Shown: positions 6,554 through 16,110, counted from the stretch's first letter. The stretch is DNA of 44,649 bases from a virus (IMGVR_UViG_3300037461_001292:1-44649), one strand, 5' to 3'. Numbers and translations: made by a program. The notes: generated from the letters alone by a model not told the origin.

Positions 6554-8815
6554 ATGAAAAAACGGCAGCGGCCTACCAAAGAGGAGATAGCCAAAAAGAT
6601 TGAGGAAGAGGTGGCGGTCAACATCCCGATTGCCAGGCAAGTCCTCGAGAATAACCTCTATAAGTTCAACAAGTTCGTTTTGAAGGTCGAGGAGGGCAAG
6701 GACAAGGTTCCCCTGGCTCCCTTCCACCAGGAACTCTGCACCTTCGTTGAGACCAACAAGCACAAGAAGAAACTCGTCCTGGTTCCCCGTGGACACCTGA
6801 AATCTACCCTGGTAACCGTCGGTTACAGCCTCCAGCAGCTTCTCAAAGACCCCTCCAGGCGTATCCTGATTGCCAACGCCACCTACAACCTTGCCTGCAA
6901 CTTTTTGACCGACATCAAAAGGCAGCTGAAGTTCAACGACAAGATACACCTTCTCTGGGGTGACCTGTCAAGAAATCCCGAACGCTGGAGCTCGAACGAA
7001 ATAGCCCTGGCAACCGCCAAGGGAATGCACGGCAAAAAGGAGCCGAACATCACCGCCATGGGCTTGGAGAGTAACCTGACTTCCCAGCACTACGATGTCA
7101 TTATCGGTGACGATTTGGTGAACAAGGATTATGTCAACACCGCCGACCAGATACAAAAAACGATAAACTTCTACAAGGAAGCCCTGAACCTCTTGGAACC
7201 GAACGGCGAATTTATCATTATCGGCACCCGCTGGCACGACTCCGACCTCTACGGCTGGATAATGGACAACGACAACAATGTGCTTTCCGATTTTGAGGTA
7301 ATGGTCAAGCAGGCTTACGAGGGCGACCTCTACGGAGAGGATTTTAAGCCGCTTTTTCCAGCAAAGTTCAAGCAATCCCACCTGAAAAGCCTGCGGGAAC
7401 AGCAAGGACCCTATTTTTTCTCCTGTACGCCAGCAGAAACACCAATCCTTATGGCTGATTTTACAGAGAAACCAATAAGTGAAATAAAAGCTGGAGATGA
7501 AATTATCGGTTTTGAGAGGGGGGTCGGAATAAAGAAAAATAATCGGATAAAAACTGTTGTTAAAAATGTTTTCCATAAAAGGGATATTGTTTATGACCTG
7601 AAAATGAAATCAGGGAGAATTGTCCGTTGCACGAAAGACCACCGTTGGTATACAGGCAGGAAAGATATAACTCACAATGAATATCTACCACCAAAAAAAG
7701 GGAGAAAACTATTGTTCGTCTGTCCTACCCAGTATATTTTATCTAAGAAAAAACTTGAAAAAAATAAAGACTGGGAAACTAAGTATTGGTCTTGGCTTGG
7801 AGGTATATTTGATGGTGACGGTTCGGCTAAAAGTGCGGCTTTGACGATTACCCAGGGAGTGAAAAATGTAGGTGTTTGTTCAAGAATAAGAAAAGTGCTT
7901 AGGGGGTTGGATATACCTTTTGAGGAGTTTAGGAAAGATAACAGCAACCACAGTAAGTGGAGTGATTCGATTATTTTTTCTCTTGGAGATAATTTCAATA
8001 CTTCGGTGAGGTTTATCAGGAACGCCGATTTTGCGAAGAAATGGCAGGTAGTAAAAAGGCTGTTGAGGATGGGTGGAAGATTTGGTAAGGGTAAGGATGA
8101 TATTATTTCGATGAAAAAAGGTAAGGAAGAAGATGTATATGCTTTGGAAACGGAAACTGGTAATTATGTAGCTTGGGGATATGCTTCCTCAAACAGTCAA
8201 TACATGAACGACCCGATTCCCGATGACGAGGCCGACTTTAAGCGGGATTGGTTCTCCTATTACGACTTCACCGACCTTAAAGGCAGGCCCCTGAACAAGT
8301 TTACGATGATTGACCCCGCTATTTCCACGGAAAAGGAGTCGGATTTCACCGCCATCGTCACCGCAGGGGTTGACGACCACAATAACATCTATATTTTGGA
8401 CATTAGGCGGATAAAAGCCAACCCGCAGGGGGTAATTGACGAGATTTTCAAGGTTTTTGAGCAATGGCACCCGATTTTAATGGGAATTGAGGAAGTAGCC
8501 TTCCAAAAAGCCCTCCGCTACTCTTTGCACCAGGAAATGAACAACCGCAACCTTTGGCTGCCTCTAAGGGAGGTTAAACCCCAGGCTAGAACCAAGGACC
8601 AAAGGATACGGGGATTACAGCCCCTTTACGCCAACAAAAAAGTGTATCATAATAAAGGCATTGACAATAATATGCACTTGGAAGACGAACTGTTGCGTTT
8701 TCCCCGTGGCAAGCACGATGATGTGGCTGATGCCCTTTCATACGGCTTGGATTTTTGGTATCCTGGTAAGAGAAAGGTAAGCCGCAGGAGCAAGCACAAG
8801 TACCTATATGCCTAG
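6554..8815 (+). CDS. terL: Terminase large subunit containing an intein
   Basis: Walker A-like VPRGHLKST, Walker B YDVIIGDD, IIGTRWH, nuclease IDPA and HDDVADALS; start moved to ATG 6554. Confidence 0.96.
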   Translation: MKKRQRPTKEEIAKKIEEEVAVNIPIARQVLENNLYKFNKFVLKVEEGKDKVPLAPFHQELCTFVETNKHKKKLVLVPRGHLKSTLVTVGYSLQQLLKDPSRRILIANATYNLACNFLTDIKRQLKFNDKIHLLWGDLSRNPERWSSNEIALATAKGMHGKKEPNITAMGLESNLTSQHYDVIIGDDLVNKDYVNTADQIQKTINFYKEALNLLEPNGEFIIIGTRWHDSDLYGWIMDNDNNVLSDFEVMVKQAYEGDLYGEDFKPLFPAKFKQSHLKSLREQQGPYFFSCTPAETPILMADFTEKPISEIKAGDEIIGFERGVGIKKNNRIKTVVKNVFHKRDIVYDLKMKSGRIVRCTKDHRWYTGRKDITHNEYLPPKKGRKLLFVCPTQYILSKKKLEKNKDWETKYWSWLGGIFDGDGSAKSAALTITQGVKNVGVCSRIRKVLRGLDIPFEEFRKDNSNHSKWSDSIIFSLGDNFNTSVRFIRNADFAKKWQVVKRLLRMGGRFGKGKDDIISMKKGKEEDVYALETETGNYVAWGYASSNSQYMNDPIPDDEADFKRDWFSYYDFTDLKGRPLNKFTMIDPAISTEKESDFTAIVTAGVDDHNNIYILDIRRIKANPQGVIDEIFKVFEQWHPILMGIEEVAFQKALRYSLHQEMNNRNLWLPLREVKPQARTKDQRIRGLQPLYANKKVYHNKGIDNNMHLEDELLRFPRGKHDDVADALSYGLDFWYPGKRKVSRRSKHKYLYA
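7424..8194 (+). mobile_element. Intein (257 aa) with LAGLIDADG-type endonuclease domain
   Basis: FFS|CTPAETPILMAD...CTKDHRWY...WLGGIFDGDGS...DVYALETETGNYVAWGYASSN|SQYMNDP; removal restores FFS-SQYMNDP; AT-richer than flanks. Confidence 0.92.
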
Positions 8816-11072
8816 TTTAGATATAAACAAGAACGCCAAGATAAACTCGCTTTACCACCCAGGCGATAAGGAACAGGAAATTAGGGAATGGGTTTATAAG
8901 CGTTATACAGACATGAAATACGCCCCGATGCGGGCGAGAATGGAAGCCAAGTGGGATTCGGGCGAGAAAGCCTGGGATTCCTACCGTAAGGAAAAAGATT
9001 TTGATGATTGGCAGTCCGACTACTATATTCCCCTGACCGCTTCGGTGGTTGAATCTATTTTGGCGGAAATCGTTGACCAGTCACCCCGTCCCCTAATCCT
9101 TCCCCGTTCCCCAGAAGATGCCCCCAAAGCGATGGTGATGAAGCACATTTTCGACTATACCTGGGATGTGGCTGATGGTGATTCGACCATGATGGATGTG
9201 TTCAAAGCCTCGCTTATCAGGGGTACGGCTATCGGGCAGGAATACTACTACCAGGACAAACGGATGGTCAGGGATATTACGGGAACTTCCAAGAATAAAC
9301 GCAAGACCGAGTTCAATACCGAGGAACGGGAGGTCATGGAATATGACGATGTGATGCTTGAGAATGTTTCACTTTATGATTTCTTCGTTGACGAAAAGGC
9401 GAGGGATATCAACAGGGGGAATTATAAAGCCCGTGACTGTATCCGCCGTTACATCATGAATTACCGTGATGCCAAGATTTTCTTTTCGGGAGACATCTGG
9501 AACCCGACGGGCAACTTCAGGTTTGTCAAGCCAGGAGGGGAAACCGATTACTACCAGTTCTACAAACCCCCTGAAGGGATAGACCGTGGTGAGGAAGTCG
9601 AGGTTCTCTGGTATTGGGCAAGGAAGCCGGAAGATTTGCTGGTGGTGATGATAAACGATGTGGTGGTGAGGATGGGGCCGAATCCATACAAGCACAAATG
9701 GCTTCCCTTTTCCCGTGCCGTGGACATTACCAGGCTTGACCAGTTTTACGGCAAGGGAGAGCCTGATATGCTTGAGTCGGTGCAGGAAGAACTGAATACG
9801 ATTAGGCGGATGAAGATTGACCGTCACCACCTGGATATTGACAAGACTTTCATCATGTCCCCAACCGTCAGCTTGGATGAGGAGGAATTGATTGCCAGAC
9901 CGCACGGGATAATCATTGCCGACAACCCCAAGGATGTCCAGGCACTCGAATACGGAGACATCGGCAATTCGGTGGCTTTGACCGAGAAATCAATCCAGGA
10001 GGATGCGGTCAGGGCAACTGGGGTTGATGATAGGATTCAGAGTTTGCAGAAAACTCCCTCAACCGCTACCGAGGCGGCTATCCTCAAGGAATCAACCCTG
10101 AAACGGATAAGGATGAAAATTAGGGGTATGGAGAACGGGTTTTTGACCGATGTCGCCAGGATGCGGGTCGCCAATATCCTCCAGTTCTATTCCCAGCCGA
10201 AACTTGAGAAGATTGTCGGTAAGGCGGGAAGCGAGGAATACCAGAGGGAAATCGCCAGGCTTGCCCGTGAGGGATTGATTGAAAATTACGGCGGAAAACT
10301 CTACAAGAAACAATACAGGCAGATACCGATTGAGGGCAAGGAGCTGGTTCCCAACGAACGGGGCATGCTTCAGGAAAAATCGGTTGACGGCTTTTCCTTC
10401 TTTGAGGCCAAACCTGAGTTCTTCATGCCCGTAGCCAGGGGCGGATATACCATCAAATTTGAGGCTGGGAGCGAACTTCCTATTTCCAAACCCCTGATGC
10501 AGAGCAAGAACCAGGAAATGTTCGACAGGCTTCTTCCAGTAGCGGTTGAGGGGATAACCAACTACGACCCTGAGAAACTCGCCGACATGCTGGTAAAGTC
10601 AATGGACCAGAACCCGATGGAACTCAAGAAAGAGGAGTCGGTTGAGGAAGCGGGTATTGAGGGTCAGCGTTTGGAGTTGTCATTAGACCTGGCAGGACAG
10701 GAAGACCAAGCTGTCATGGCAGGTAAGCCCATCCCTGCGATGGGCACGCCTTATGCACCCCCATCACACACGATGGTGCATATCGCCTTCCTCCGAAGTC
10801 CACAAATGAAGCAGTCACCTGAACAAATATACAAGGTACTCCTTCAACACATTGTGGGCGAGATGCAAGCTATAGCCATGCGTCAAGGCGGGAGTGCGAA
10901 CTTGATGGCAGGAGGACAAACATCCCAAATGACTTCTCCTAGGCCCCAAGCTGGCTCACCTGCCCCGCTTAGAGGAACCACACCCTCTGCTCCTGGCAGT
11001 ACGATGGATATAATGCCTGGTCTTGTCAGGGGAGGCAACGAAGTCCCGACAGGCAAGGTGTTGGGAGGATAA
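8808..11072 (+). CDS. Portal protein (P22/podovirus-like)
   Basis: 754 aa directly after terL; FYGKGEPDMLESVQEELN, TATEAAIL motifs; low-complexity C-terminal tail. Confidence 0.88.
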   Translation: MPSLDINKNAKINSLYHPGDKEQEIREWVYKRYTDMKYAPMRARMEAKWDSGEKAWDSYRKEKDFDDWQSDYYIPLTASVVESILAEIVDQSPRPLILPRSPEDAPKAMVMKHIFDYTWDVADGDSTMMDVFKASLIRGTAIGQEYYYQDKRMVRDITGTSKNKRKTEFNTEEREVMEYDDVMLENVSLYDFFVDEKARDINRGNYKARDCIRRYIMNYRDAKIFFSGDIWNPTGNFRFVKPGGETDYYQFYKPPEGIDRGEEVEVLWYWARKPEDLLVVMINDVVVRMGPNPYKHKWLPFSRAVDITRLDQFYGKGEPDMLESVQEELNTIRRMKIDRHHLDIDKTFIMSPTVSLDEEELIARPHGIIIADNPKDVQALEYGDIGNSVALTEKSIQEDAVRATGVDDRIQSLQKTPSTATEAAILKESTLKRIRMKIRGMENGFLTDVARMRVANILQFYSQPKLEKIVGKAGSEEYQREIARLAREGLIENYGGKLYKKQYRQIPIEGKELVPNERGMLQEKSVDGFSFFEAKPEFFMPVARGGYTIKFEAGSELPISKPLMQSKNQEMFDRLLPVAVEGITNYDPEKLADMLVKSMDQNPMELKKEESVEEAGIEGQRLELSLDLAGQEDQAVMAGKPIPAMGTPYAPPSHTMVHIAFLRSPQMKQSPEQIYKVLLQHIVGEMQAIAMRQGGSANLMAGGQTSQMTSPRPQAGSPAPLRGTTPSAPGSTMDIMPGLVRGGNEVPTGKVLGG

Positions 11073-11073
11073 G

Positions 11074-11391
11074 ATGTCTAGGTTGACTACCGAGGCGGAT
11101 AAGATAATCAGGACTATTACTCTTGACGGGCTGGTGGCTCTCCACAAAATAAACCAGGACCAGCAGTTGAAACCGCAGGTAATCTCACTTCTTTCCGATA
11201 TTCTCCACATTTCCGAGTCGCAGATAACCAGGTCGGCTGGCGGAGTGACCTCGATGGACTCGATGATTAACTCTGCCGTCAACCAGTCGTTCTACCGTGG
11301 CAGGATTTCGGTGGCGGCACTTCTTAACGCCCTTATCCAGAAATCATCTGCGGAACTGGAACGCAGGGAAGAAATGAAAAAGAGGAAGTAA
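11074..11391 (+). CDS. Small helical protein after portal
   Basis: Start moved to MSRLTTE behind GGAGG; typical post-portal position. Confidence 0.75.
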   Translation: MSRLTTEADKIIRTITLDGLVALHKINQDQQLKPQVISLLSDILHISESQITRSAGGVTSMDSMINSAVNQSFYRGRISVAALLNALIQKSSAELERREEMKKRK

Positions 11392-11392
11392 T

Positions 11393-12025
11393 ATGTTTGA
11401 GCAACTTGGTAGAAATGTCCGTGAGTGGTTTTCCAATGCTATAAGAAATTTAAGCGGTTATCTTCCGAACTCAGACCCATGGAAAAGTATGCGTATAGGA
11501 CCTGATGGAAGTATAGAGAAGACTTATGACAATCAGGATTTCCTTACTCCCCTTGCTGGTTCACAAGGCGTACCGACCCCTACTCCCACTCCTCCGCCAA
11601 AACCTAAACTTGATTTTCCTGCTTATGTTTCTGGGGCTGGAGTAGAGAATTTATCTCAACCTCCAGAAGATATGACCAAGATGTTTTTTGACGTATTTCC
11701 AAAGGAGGCTACTCAGGCTGCTGCTGTATCTGCTGCCGAACACCTGGAAAATCCATGGGCAACAAATTTAATTGGTGGACCAAATTCTAATGGAACTTAT
11801 GATTATGGCTTAATGCAAAATAACGAGGCTACATTTACCGATTTATTGAGAAGAAGATATGAACAAATGCAGGAAATAAAACGGAATATACAACTAAACG
11901 ATTTATTGGATGCAATCGTAAGCATGAAAGTCAGCAGGCTTAGCAGGCAGGATGAAGATTGGAGTGGGGTTAGTCCATGGAGTCAATGGTATGGTTGGCA
12001 AAATAAAGGTTGGGAAATGAAATAG
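11393..12025 (+). CDS. Lysozyme-like/transglycosylase-fold protein
   Basis: AVSAAE...NSNGTYDYGLMQNN...WSQW resembles the lysozyme-superfamily E...DYGLxQxN motif; PTPTPTPPP linker. Confidence 0.65.
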   Translation: MFEQLGRNVREWFSNAIRNLSGYLPNSDPWKSMRIGPDGSIEKTYDNQDFLTPLAGSQGVPTPTPTPPPKPKLDFPAYVSGAGVENLSQPPEDMTKMFFDVFPKEATQAAAVSAAEHLENPWATNLIGGPNSNGTYDYGLMQNNEATFTDLLRRRYEQMQEIKRNIQLNDLLDAIVSMKVSRLSRQDEDWSGVSPWSQWYGWQNKGWEMK

Positions 12026-12034
12026 GAGAGTGAT

Positions 12035-12154
12035 ATGCCTTTCAAATCGGTAAAGCAGAGGAAGTATATGTTTGCCAAACACCCAGCTATCGCAAAAAAG
12101 TGGGTTAAAAAGTATGGAAGCAAGGTTAGGAAAGGGAAAAAGAAAAAAAAGTAG
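12035..12154 (+). CDS. Small basic protein, 39 aa
   Basis: Not in ORF track; MPFKSVKQRKYMFAKHPAIAKKWVKKYGSKVRKGKKKKK; AGGAG SD. Confidence 0.8.
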   Translation: MPFKSVKQRKYMFAKHPAIAKKWVKKYGSKVRKGKKKKK

Positions 12155-12155
12155 C

Positions 12156-12212
12156 TTGACAACCGTGAGTTATTAGTTATATGCTTAGGTTGAGACGCAG
12201 TAAAATGCGTCT
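12156..12212 (+). promoter_or_regulatory. Promoter for the head operon followed by a short hairpin
   Basis: TTGACA-18-TATGCT, then agacgca-gtaaaa-tgcgtct (12193-12212). Confidence 0.6.
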
Positions 12213-12244
12213 TTATTATTAGGATAACCTTCAAAGGAGGCCCT

Positions 12245-13063
12245 ATGGCAGATAATGCTCCCGCAAAAGATGCGGAAAAAGCGAAAGATACTGGCTCTGC
12301 TCCCGTCCAGGCAGAACAACCAGCCCCAGACAAACCCGAAAAAGATGGCGGGGAACCTTTACAAGTTCCTGAGAAGTTGCAGAACAAATCCACCGAGGAT
12401 TTGGTCAAGATGTATGGCGAGCTTGAGAGAAAGCTCGGTGAACAATCGGGTGAGGTAAAACAAGCCCGTGATATTCAGGAAAAAATGAATATCGTCTTAA
12501 AAGCAATTTCTCAAGACCCCGAACTTTACAATCGGGTCGAGAAGGCGGTGCAGACCACGATAAGTGGCGAACAGCCTTTAAGTCCTGATGTCAAGCGTGG
12601 GGATATGGAGGCAGGGAAGGCTCAAGAGCCTCAAGGCAACGACCAACGCCGTTACCTTGAGAATCAGGCAATCGCTGATTTCCATAGAAAGTTTGGTGTA
12701 GACAGACTTCCGTCCGAGGAACGCCAGAAGCTCATGCAAGAAGTTTCGACAGCATGGGCTAACATGATAGACCCCAAAGGCAGGAAGACCAAACAGGAAC
12801 TCTTGTCCAGCGTCGAACTGGATGTCTTGCCACAGCAGTTAGAGAACGCCTATTGGCTTGCCAAGAAAGCGACCCTAATTGACAAGGGCAACCTTCCTAA
12901 TCAGGATTTTGCCTCTATTGGCTCGGTGCCAGGCAGTTCTGGGAAGGCAGAGGAAGGCGTAACCCTAACTCCCCAAGAACAGAAGATTGCTGAAAAGTTG
13001 GGCATAGACCCTGATAAGTATGCCAAACAAAAACAGCAAATTAGAAAAGAATTTACAGAATAG
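12245..13063 (+). CDS. Capsid scaffolding protein
   Basis: VPEKLQNKSTEDLVKMYGELERKLG and C-terminal LTPQEQKIAEKLGIDPDKYAK; position before the capsid genes. Confidence 0.82.
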   Translation: MADNAPAKDAEKAKDTGSAPVQAEQPAPDKPEKDGGEPLQVPEKLQNKSTEDLVKMYGELERKLGEQSGEVKQARDIQEKMNIVLKAISQDPELYNRVEKAVQTTISGEQPLSPDVKRGDMEAGKAQEPQGNDQRRYLENQAIADFHRKFGVDRLPSEERQKLMQEVSTAWANMIDPKGRKTKQELLSSVELDVLPQQLENAYWLAKKATLIDKGNLPNQDFASIGSVPGSSGKAEEGVTLTPQEQKIAEKLGIDPDKYAKQKQQIRKEFTE

Positions 13064-13081
13064 TAAAGGGGGTGAAAACCC

Positions 13082-13621
13082 ATGGCAGGATTTGAATACC
13101 GTGGTCAGTTAAACGGTGCCGATAACCCTGTTACCCTTGATTGTCCCATTAAAAACAGTGCGACAGTCAAAGTCGGTGACTTGGTTTACAACGATGGAAA
13201 CGGGATTACCCGTGCTACAAACTCTACTTTAGTCCTAGGAGTTGTTGTCGGTATTGTGAACAACGACGGTATAGATTTGGACAATGCCTCCGTTGATACC
13301 TATGACGGGACATGGACATCCAGTTCCAAGACCTATGTTGCCGGAGACGACAACATGACCGATAAAAAGGTCAGAGCCAAGGTAATTGCTGATGAAAATG
13401 CCCTTTGGTACAACGATGCTGATGGTGACTTCACTAATCCTGGTGATTTGCACATGTTTATTAAGTGTGCCGACCAAGACCAGATTGATGAGGATACGAC
13501 TTCGGCAACTGTCGGCCAATTTTTCGTAGTGAAACTTGACCCAGACGGTGATGCGGATGCGTCCAAATGTATCGTTAAAATTGCCCGCTCACAGCTTAAT
13601 GCTTACGAGCCTGAGACTTAA
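13082..13621 (+). CDS. Putative capsid decoration/cement protein
   Basis: TVKVGDLVY...VLGVVVG beta-rich protein between scaffold and MCP. Confidence 0.65.
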   Translation: MAGFEYRGQLNGADNPVTLDCPIKNSATVKVGDLVYNDGNGITRATNSTLVLGVVVGIVNNDGIDLDNASVDTYDGTWTSSSKTYVAGDDNMTDKKVRAKVIADENALWYNDADGDFTNPGDLHMFIKCADQDQIDEDTTSATVGQFFVVKLDPDGDADASKCIVKIARSQLNAYEPET

Positions 13622-13685
13622 AGCAGGCAATAGCGTGATTGTTGAAAGACAATAATTTATTAAAAAAAGCTAGAAGGAGAAACAC

Positions 13686-14606
13686 ATGGCTTCTTACCGC
13701 AGTACATTTGGGGATTTACTTGAACCAGGGTTCAGGGAAATCTTCAATGACGCTTTCAAAGAGATGCCTATGGTTTTTGAGCGTATCTTCAGAACCAACT
13801 CGTCCTCTAAACAGGATGAGAAGGACTCTGGGGTTACGGGTTTCGGTATGCTTCAGGAAACTGCCCAAGGTGCTTCGGTGGATTATGAGGACCCCATACA
13901 AATGTATGATGTTACTTATACCCACAAGAAATACACCAAAGGGTTTAAGGTTTCTGAGGAGTTAGTCGAAGATGACCAATACAATGTCATCAAAGGCAAA
14001 CCAGCTCAATTAGCCAGGGCAGCTCGGAGAACAGCCGAATACCACGGTGCCGAAGTGTTGAACAAAGCCTTCACGACCTCTGGTTACAACGGCGGAGATG
14101 CAAAACCTCTCTGTTCCGTTGGACATCCGAGGAGTGACGGGGGTACAGCCCAATCTAATGCCAGCTCTACTGGTATTACCTTGACTGAGGAAAACCTCGA
14201 AACGGCTAGAATAGCTTTCAGGCAACAGTTGGACGATAAAGGCATGAGGATTCAAGCTATGCCAGGCCGTCTGATTGTTCCGGTAGACCTTGAGAAAGAT
14301 GCGAAAATCATTGTCGGTTCCACGCTACGGCCTGGAACGGCTGATAATGATATGAACATCTACAAAGGGGCTTTGGATGTAATTGCCTGGGAGTATATTA
14401 CTGTCAACAACACTTGTTGGTTCCTTCAGGACATGGCTCAGCACCAGCTCAACTGGTTCTGGAGAGTCAGACCAGAGTTCAAGCAGGATGTCGCTTTCGA
14501 CACAGGCATGGCTCTGTTCAAATCTCGTACCAGATTCAGTAAAGGTTGGAGTGACTGGAGAGGGTTCTGGGGTTCAGCAGGTGACGGTAGTGCGTATGCA
14601 GGCTAG
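13686..14606 (+). CDS. Major capsid protein (HK97 fold, Mu gpT-like family)
   Basis: LLEPGFREIF...YTHKKYTKGFKVSEELVEDDQY...GGDAKPLCSVGHP...GWSDWRGFWGS; 306 aa; AAGGAG SD. Confidence 0.9.
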   Translation: MASYRSTFGDLLEPGFREIFNDAFKEMPMVFERIFRTNSSSKQDEKDSGVTGFGMLQETAQGASVDYEDPIQMYDVTYTHKKYTKGFKVSEELVEDDQYNVIKGKPAQLARAARRTAEYHGAEVLNKAFTTSGYNGGDAKPLCSVGHPRSDGGTAQSNASSTGITLTEENLETARIAFRQQLDDKGMRIQAMPGRLIVPVDLEKDAKIIVGSTLRPGTADNDMNIYKGALDVIAWEYITVNNTCWFLQDMAQHQLNWFWRVRPEFKQDVAFDTGMALFKSRTRFSKGWSDWRGFWGSAGDGSAYAG

Positions 14607-14618
14607 TTAGTAATCGTG

Positions 14619-14659
14619 AGGTGTGGGGGTTGACAAACAATCCCCACACCTACTAAAAT
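14619..14659 (+). promoter_or_regulatory. Post-capsid hairpin overlapping an internal promoter
   Basis: aggtgtgggg/ccccacacct stem with TTGACA (14630-14635) in the loop; TAAAAT 14654-14659; ATG at 14668. Confidence 0.6.
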
Positions 14660-14667
14660 TAAGTCAC

Positions 14668-15057
14668 ATGACAAAACATCTTAGTTGGGCAGGGAGAATA
14701 CAAACCCTAGCCACAGCACCATCAAACCCCATAACAGGGGAAATTTATTACAACACTACGGATACGAAGTTGTATTACTATGATGGCACACGCTGGAGAG
14801 CAACAAGTGCTTTCGGAACTACCTCTACTTCCACCTCGACCACTACCACATCTACATCTACTACCACGACTTCTACCTCAACCTCTACGACCACTTCCAC
14901 GAGCACTTCAAGCTCGACTTCTACCTCGACTACGACTACCAGCACCTCAACAACGACCACATCAACCTCAACAACGACCACATCAACCTCGACATCAACA
15001 ACGACCAGTACATCAACCAGCTCATCTACATCTAGTAGCACAACTACAACCGTATAA
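14668..15057 (+). CDS. Small putative virion protein with fibre-like motif and Ser/Thr tail (1 of 3)
   Basis: PSNPITGEIYYNTTDTKLYYYDGTRW followed by ~78 S/T residues; start moved to 14668. Confidence 0.8.
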   Translation: MTKHLSWAGRIQTLATAPSNPITGEIYYNTTDTKLYYYDGTRWRATSAFGTTSTSTSTTTTSTSTTTTSTSTSTTTSTSTSSSTSTSTTTTSTSTTTTSTSTTTTSTSTSTTTSTSTSSSTSSSTTTTV

Positions 15058-15060
15058 AAT

Positions 15061-15291
15061 ATGTCAAGCCAAAGCCTAAAAACACCAGGAACGCATGTAA
15101 CCAACCTAGAGGGCAGGATTTCGGTCAGGACTGTGGATATCGGAAACCCCAGGGATGGGGATATGTATTACGATAACGGAGATAATAAATGGTTTATTTA
15201 TGATGGAACTAACTGGAACGGGATAACGGGAACGACCACCTCTACATCCAGTTCTACCAGTACTTCCACGACTACAACTACATCAGCATAA
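15061..15291 (+). CDS. Small putative virion protein with Ser/Thr tail (2 of 3)
   Basis: NPRDGDMYYDNGDNKWFIYDGTNW plus ~18 S/T residues. Confidence 0.8.
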   Translation: MSSQSLKTPGTHVTNLEGRISVRTVDIGNPRDGDMYYDNGDNKWFIYDGTNWNGITGTTTSTSSSTSTSTTTTTSA

Positions 15292-15294
15292 AAT

Positions 15295-15582
15295 ATGGCA
15301 CACACAAGCTATTCTAAATTTAGAGGGGCAATCAAGAGAAAAACAGGGGCTTTCCCAGCCAATCCTACGGCTGGGGATATGTTCTACAACTCTACCCACA
15401 ACATCATGTATGTTTATGACGGGACTGGCTGGAGAGGCTGGACTTTCACTACCTCTACCTCTACCTCTACTACCACCACGAGTACCAGCACCTCTACCTC
15501 AACGACAACCACATCAACAAGTACTAGCAGCTCAACGAGCACTACTACTTCAACTAGCACCTCGACAACGACAACCGTATAA
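15295..15582 (+). CDS. Small putative virion protein with Ser/Thr tail (3 of 3)
   Basis: PANPTAGDMFYNSTHNIMYVYDGTGW plus ~43 S/T residues. Confidence 0.8.
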   Translation: MAHTSYSKFRGAIKRKTGAFPANPTAGDMFYNSTHNIMYVYDGTGWRGWTFTTSTSTSTTTTSTSTSTSTTTTSTSTSSSTSTTTSTSTSTTTTV

Positions 15583-15611
15583 TAATTAGACGATAACCAT
15601 AGGAGGTAATT

Positions 15612-16109
15612 ATGGCCGTCATTGTGTATAACCCGAAGCTGTTTGACGGGAAGCCGTCACAACCAGTCAGCTATTTATTCGAGAAGAAATACTGGAAACT
15701 GGGGGTGAACGAGATTAAGAAGTTCCCAGAAATGATAGCCGAGGGGATGTTAAGTACCTATGGGTTCCTGAGAAGGATAAACCCAGAGGACTTAGAGAAC
15801 GTTAAAAAAGATATGGAGGACAAGCCTTTTAAGTGCGAGCATTGCGGGGCGGAGTTCTCCAACGAGAAAGCCTTACAGGGGCACCTCATGGGCAAGCATA
15901 GGATGTCCAAAGAGTCAGAGGACTTCCTGAAGTCAATACCAGAGGTAGGTGCGGACGAGGAGTTTGTTCCTAATAAGAAACTTACTCCCGAAGAAACCGA
16001 AGGCATACCCCTTACGGGAACCGATAAAGATGGGGTAGAATGGTACGGAGAGGGCTTGGAAGATGATAATTTATCTGATATAAAGAAAGCAGGAGGAACT
16101 TTTAACTAA
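15612..16109 (+). CDS. Protein with a single C2H2 zinc finger
   Basis: KPFKCEHCGAEFSNEKALQGHLMGKH; AGGAGGT SD. Confidence 0.8.
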   Translation: MAVIVYNPKLFDGKPSQPVSYLFEKKYWKLGVNEIKKFPEMIAEGMLSTYGFLRRINPEDLENVKKDMEDKPFKCEHCGAEFSNEKALQGHLMGKHRMSKESEDFLKSIPEVGADEEFVPNKKLTPEETEGIPLTGTDKDGVEWYGEGLEDDNLSDIKKAGGTFN

Positions 16110-16110
16110 A

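Noticed and set aside
6521-10561. Minus-strand ORFs inside terL and portal (e.g. 6968..7576, 9369..9905)
   Set aside because: Fully antisense to well-supported genes, with no recognisable motifs
15055-15297. Genome-wide stop-codon reassignment suggested by in-frame ORF junctions
   Set aside because: The junction stops are TAA; core genes are intact in code 11 and end in TAA, TAG and TGA
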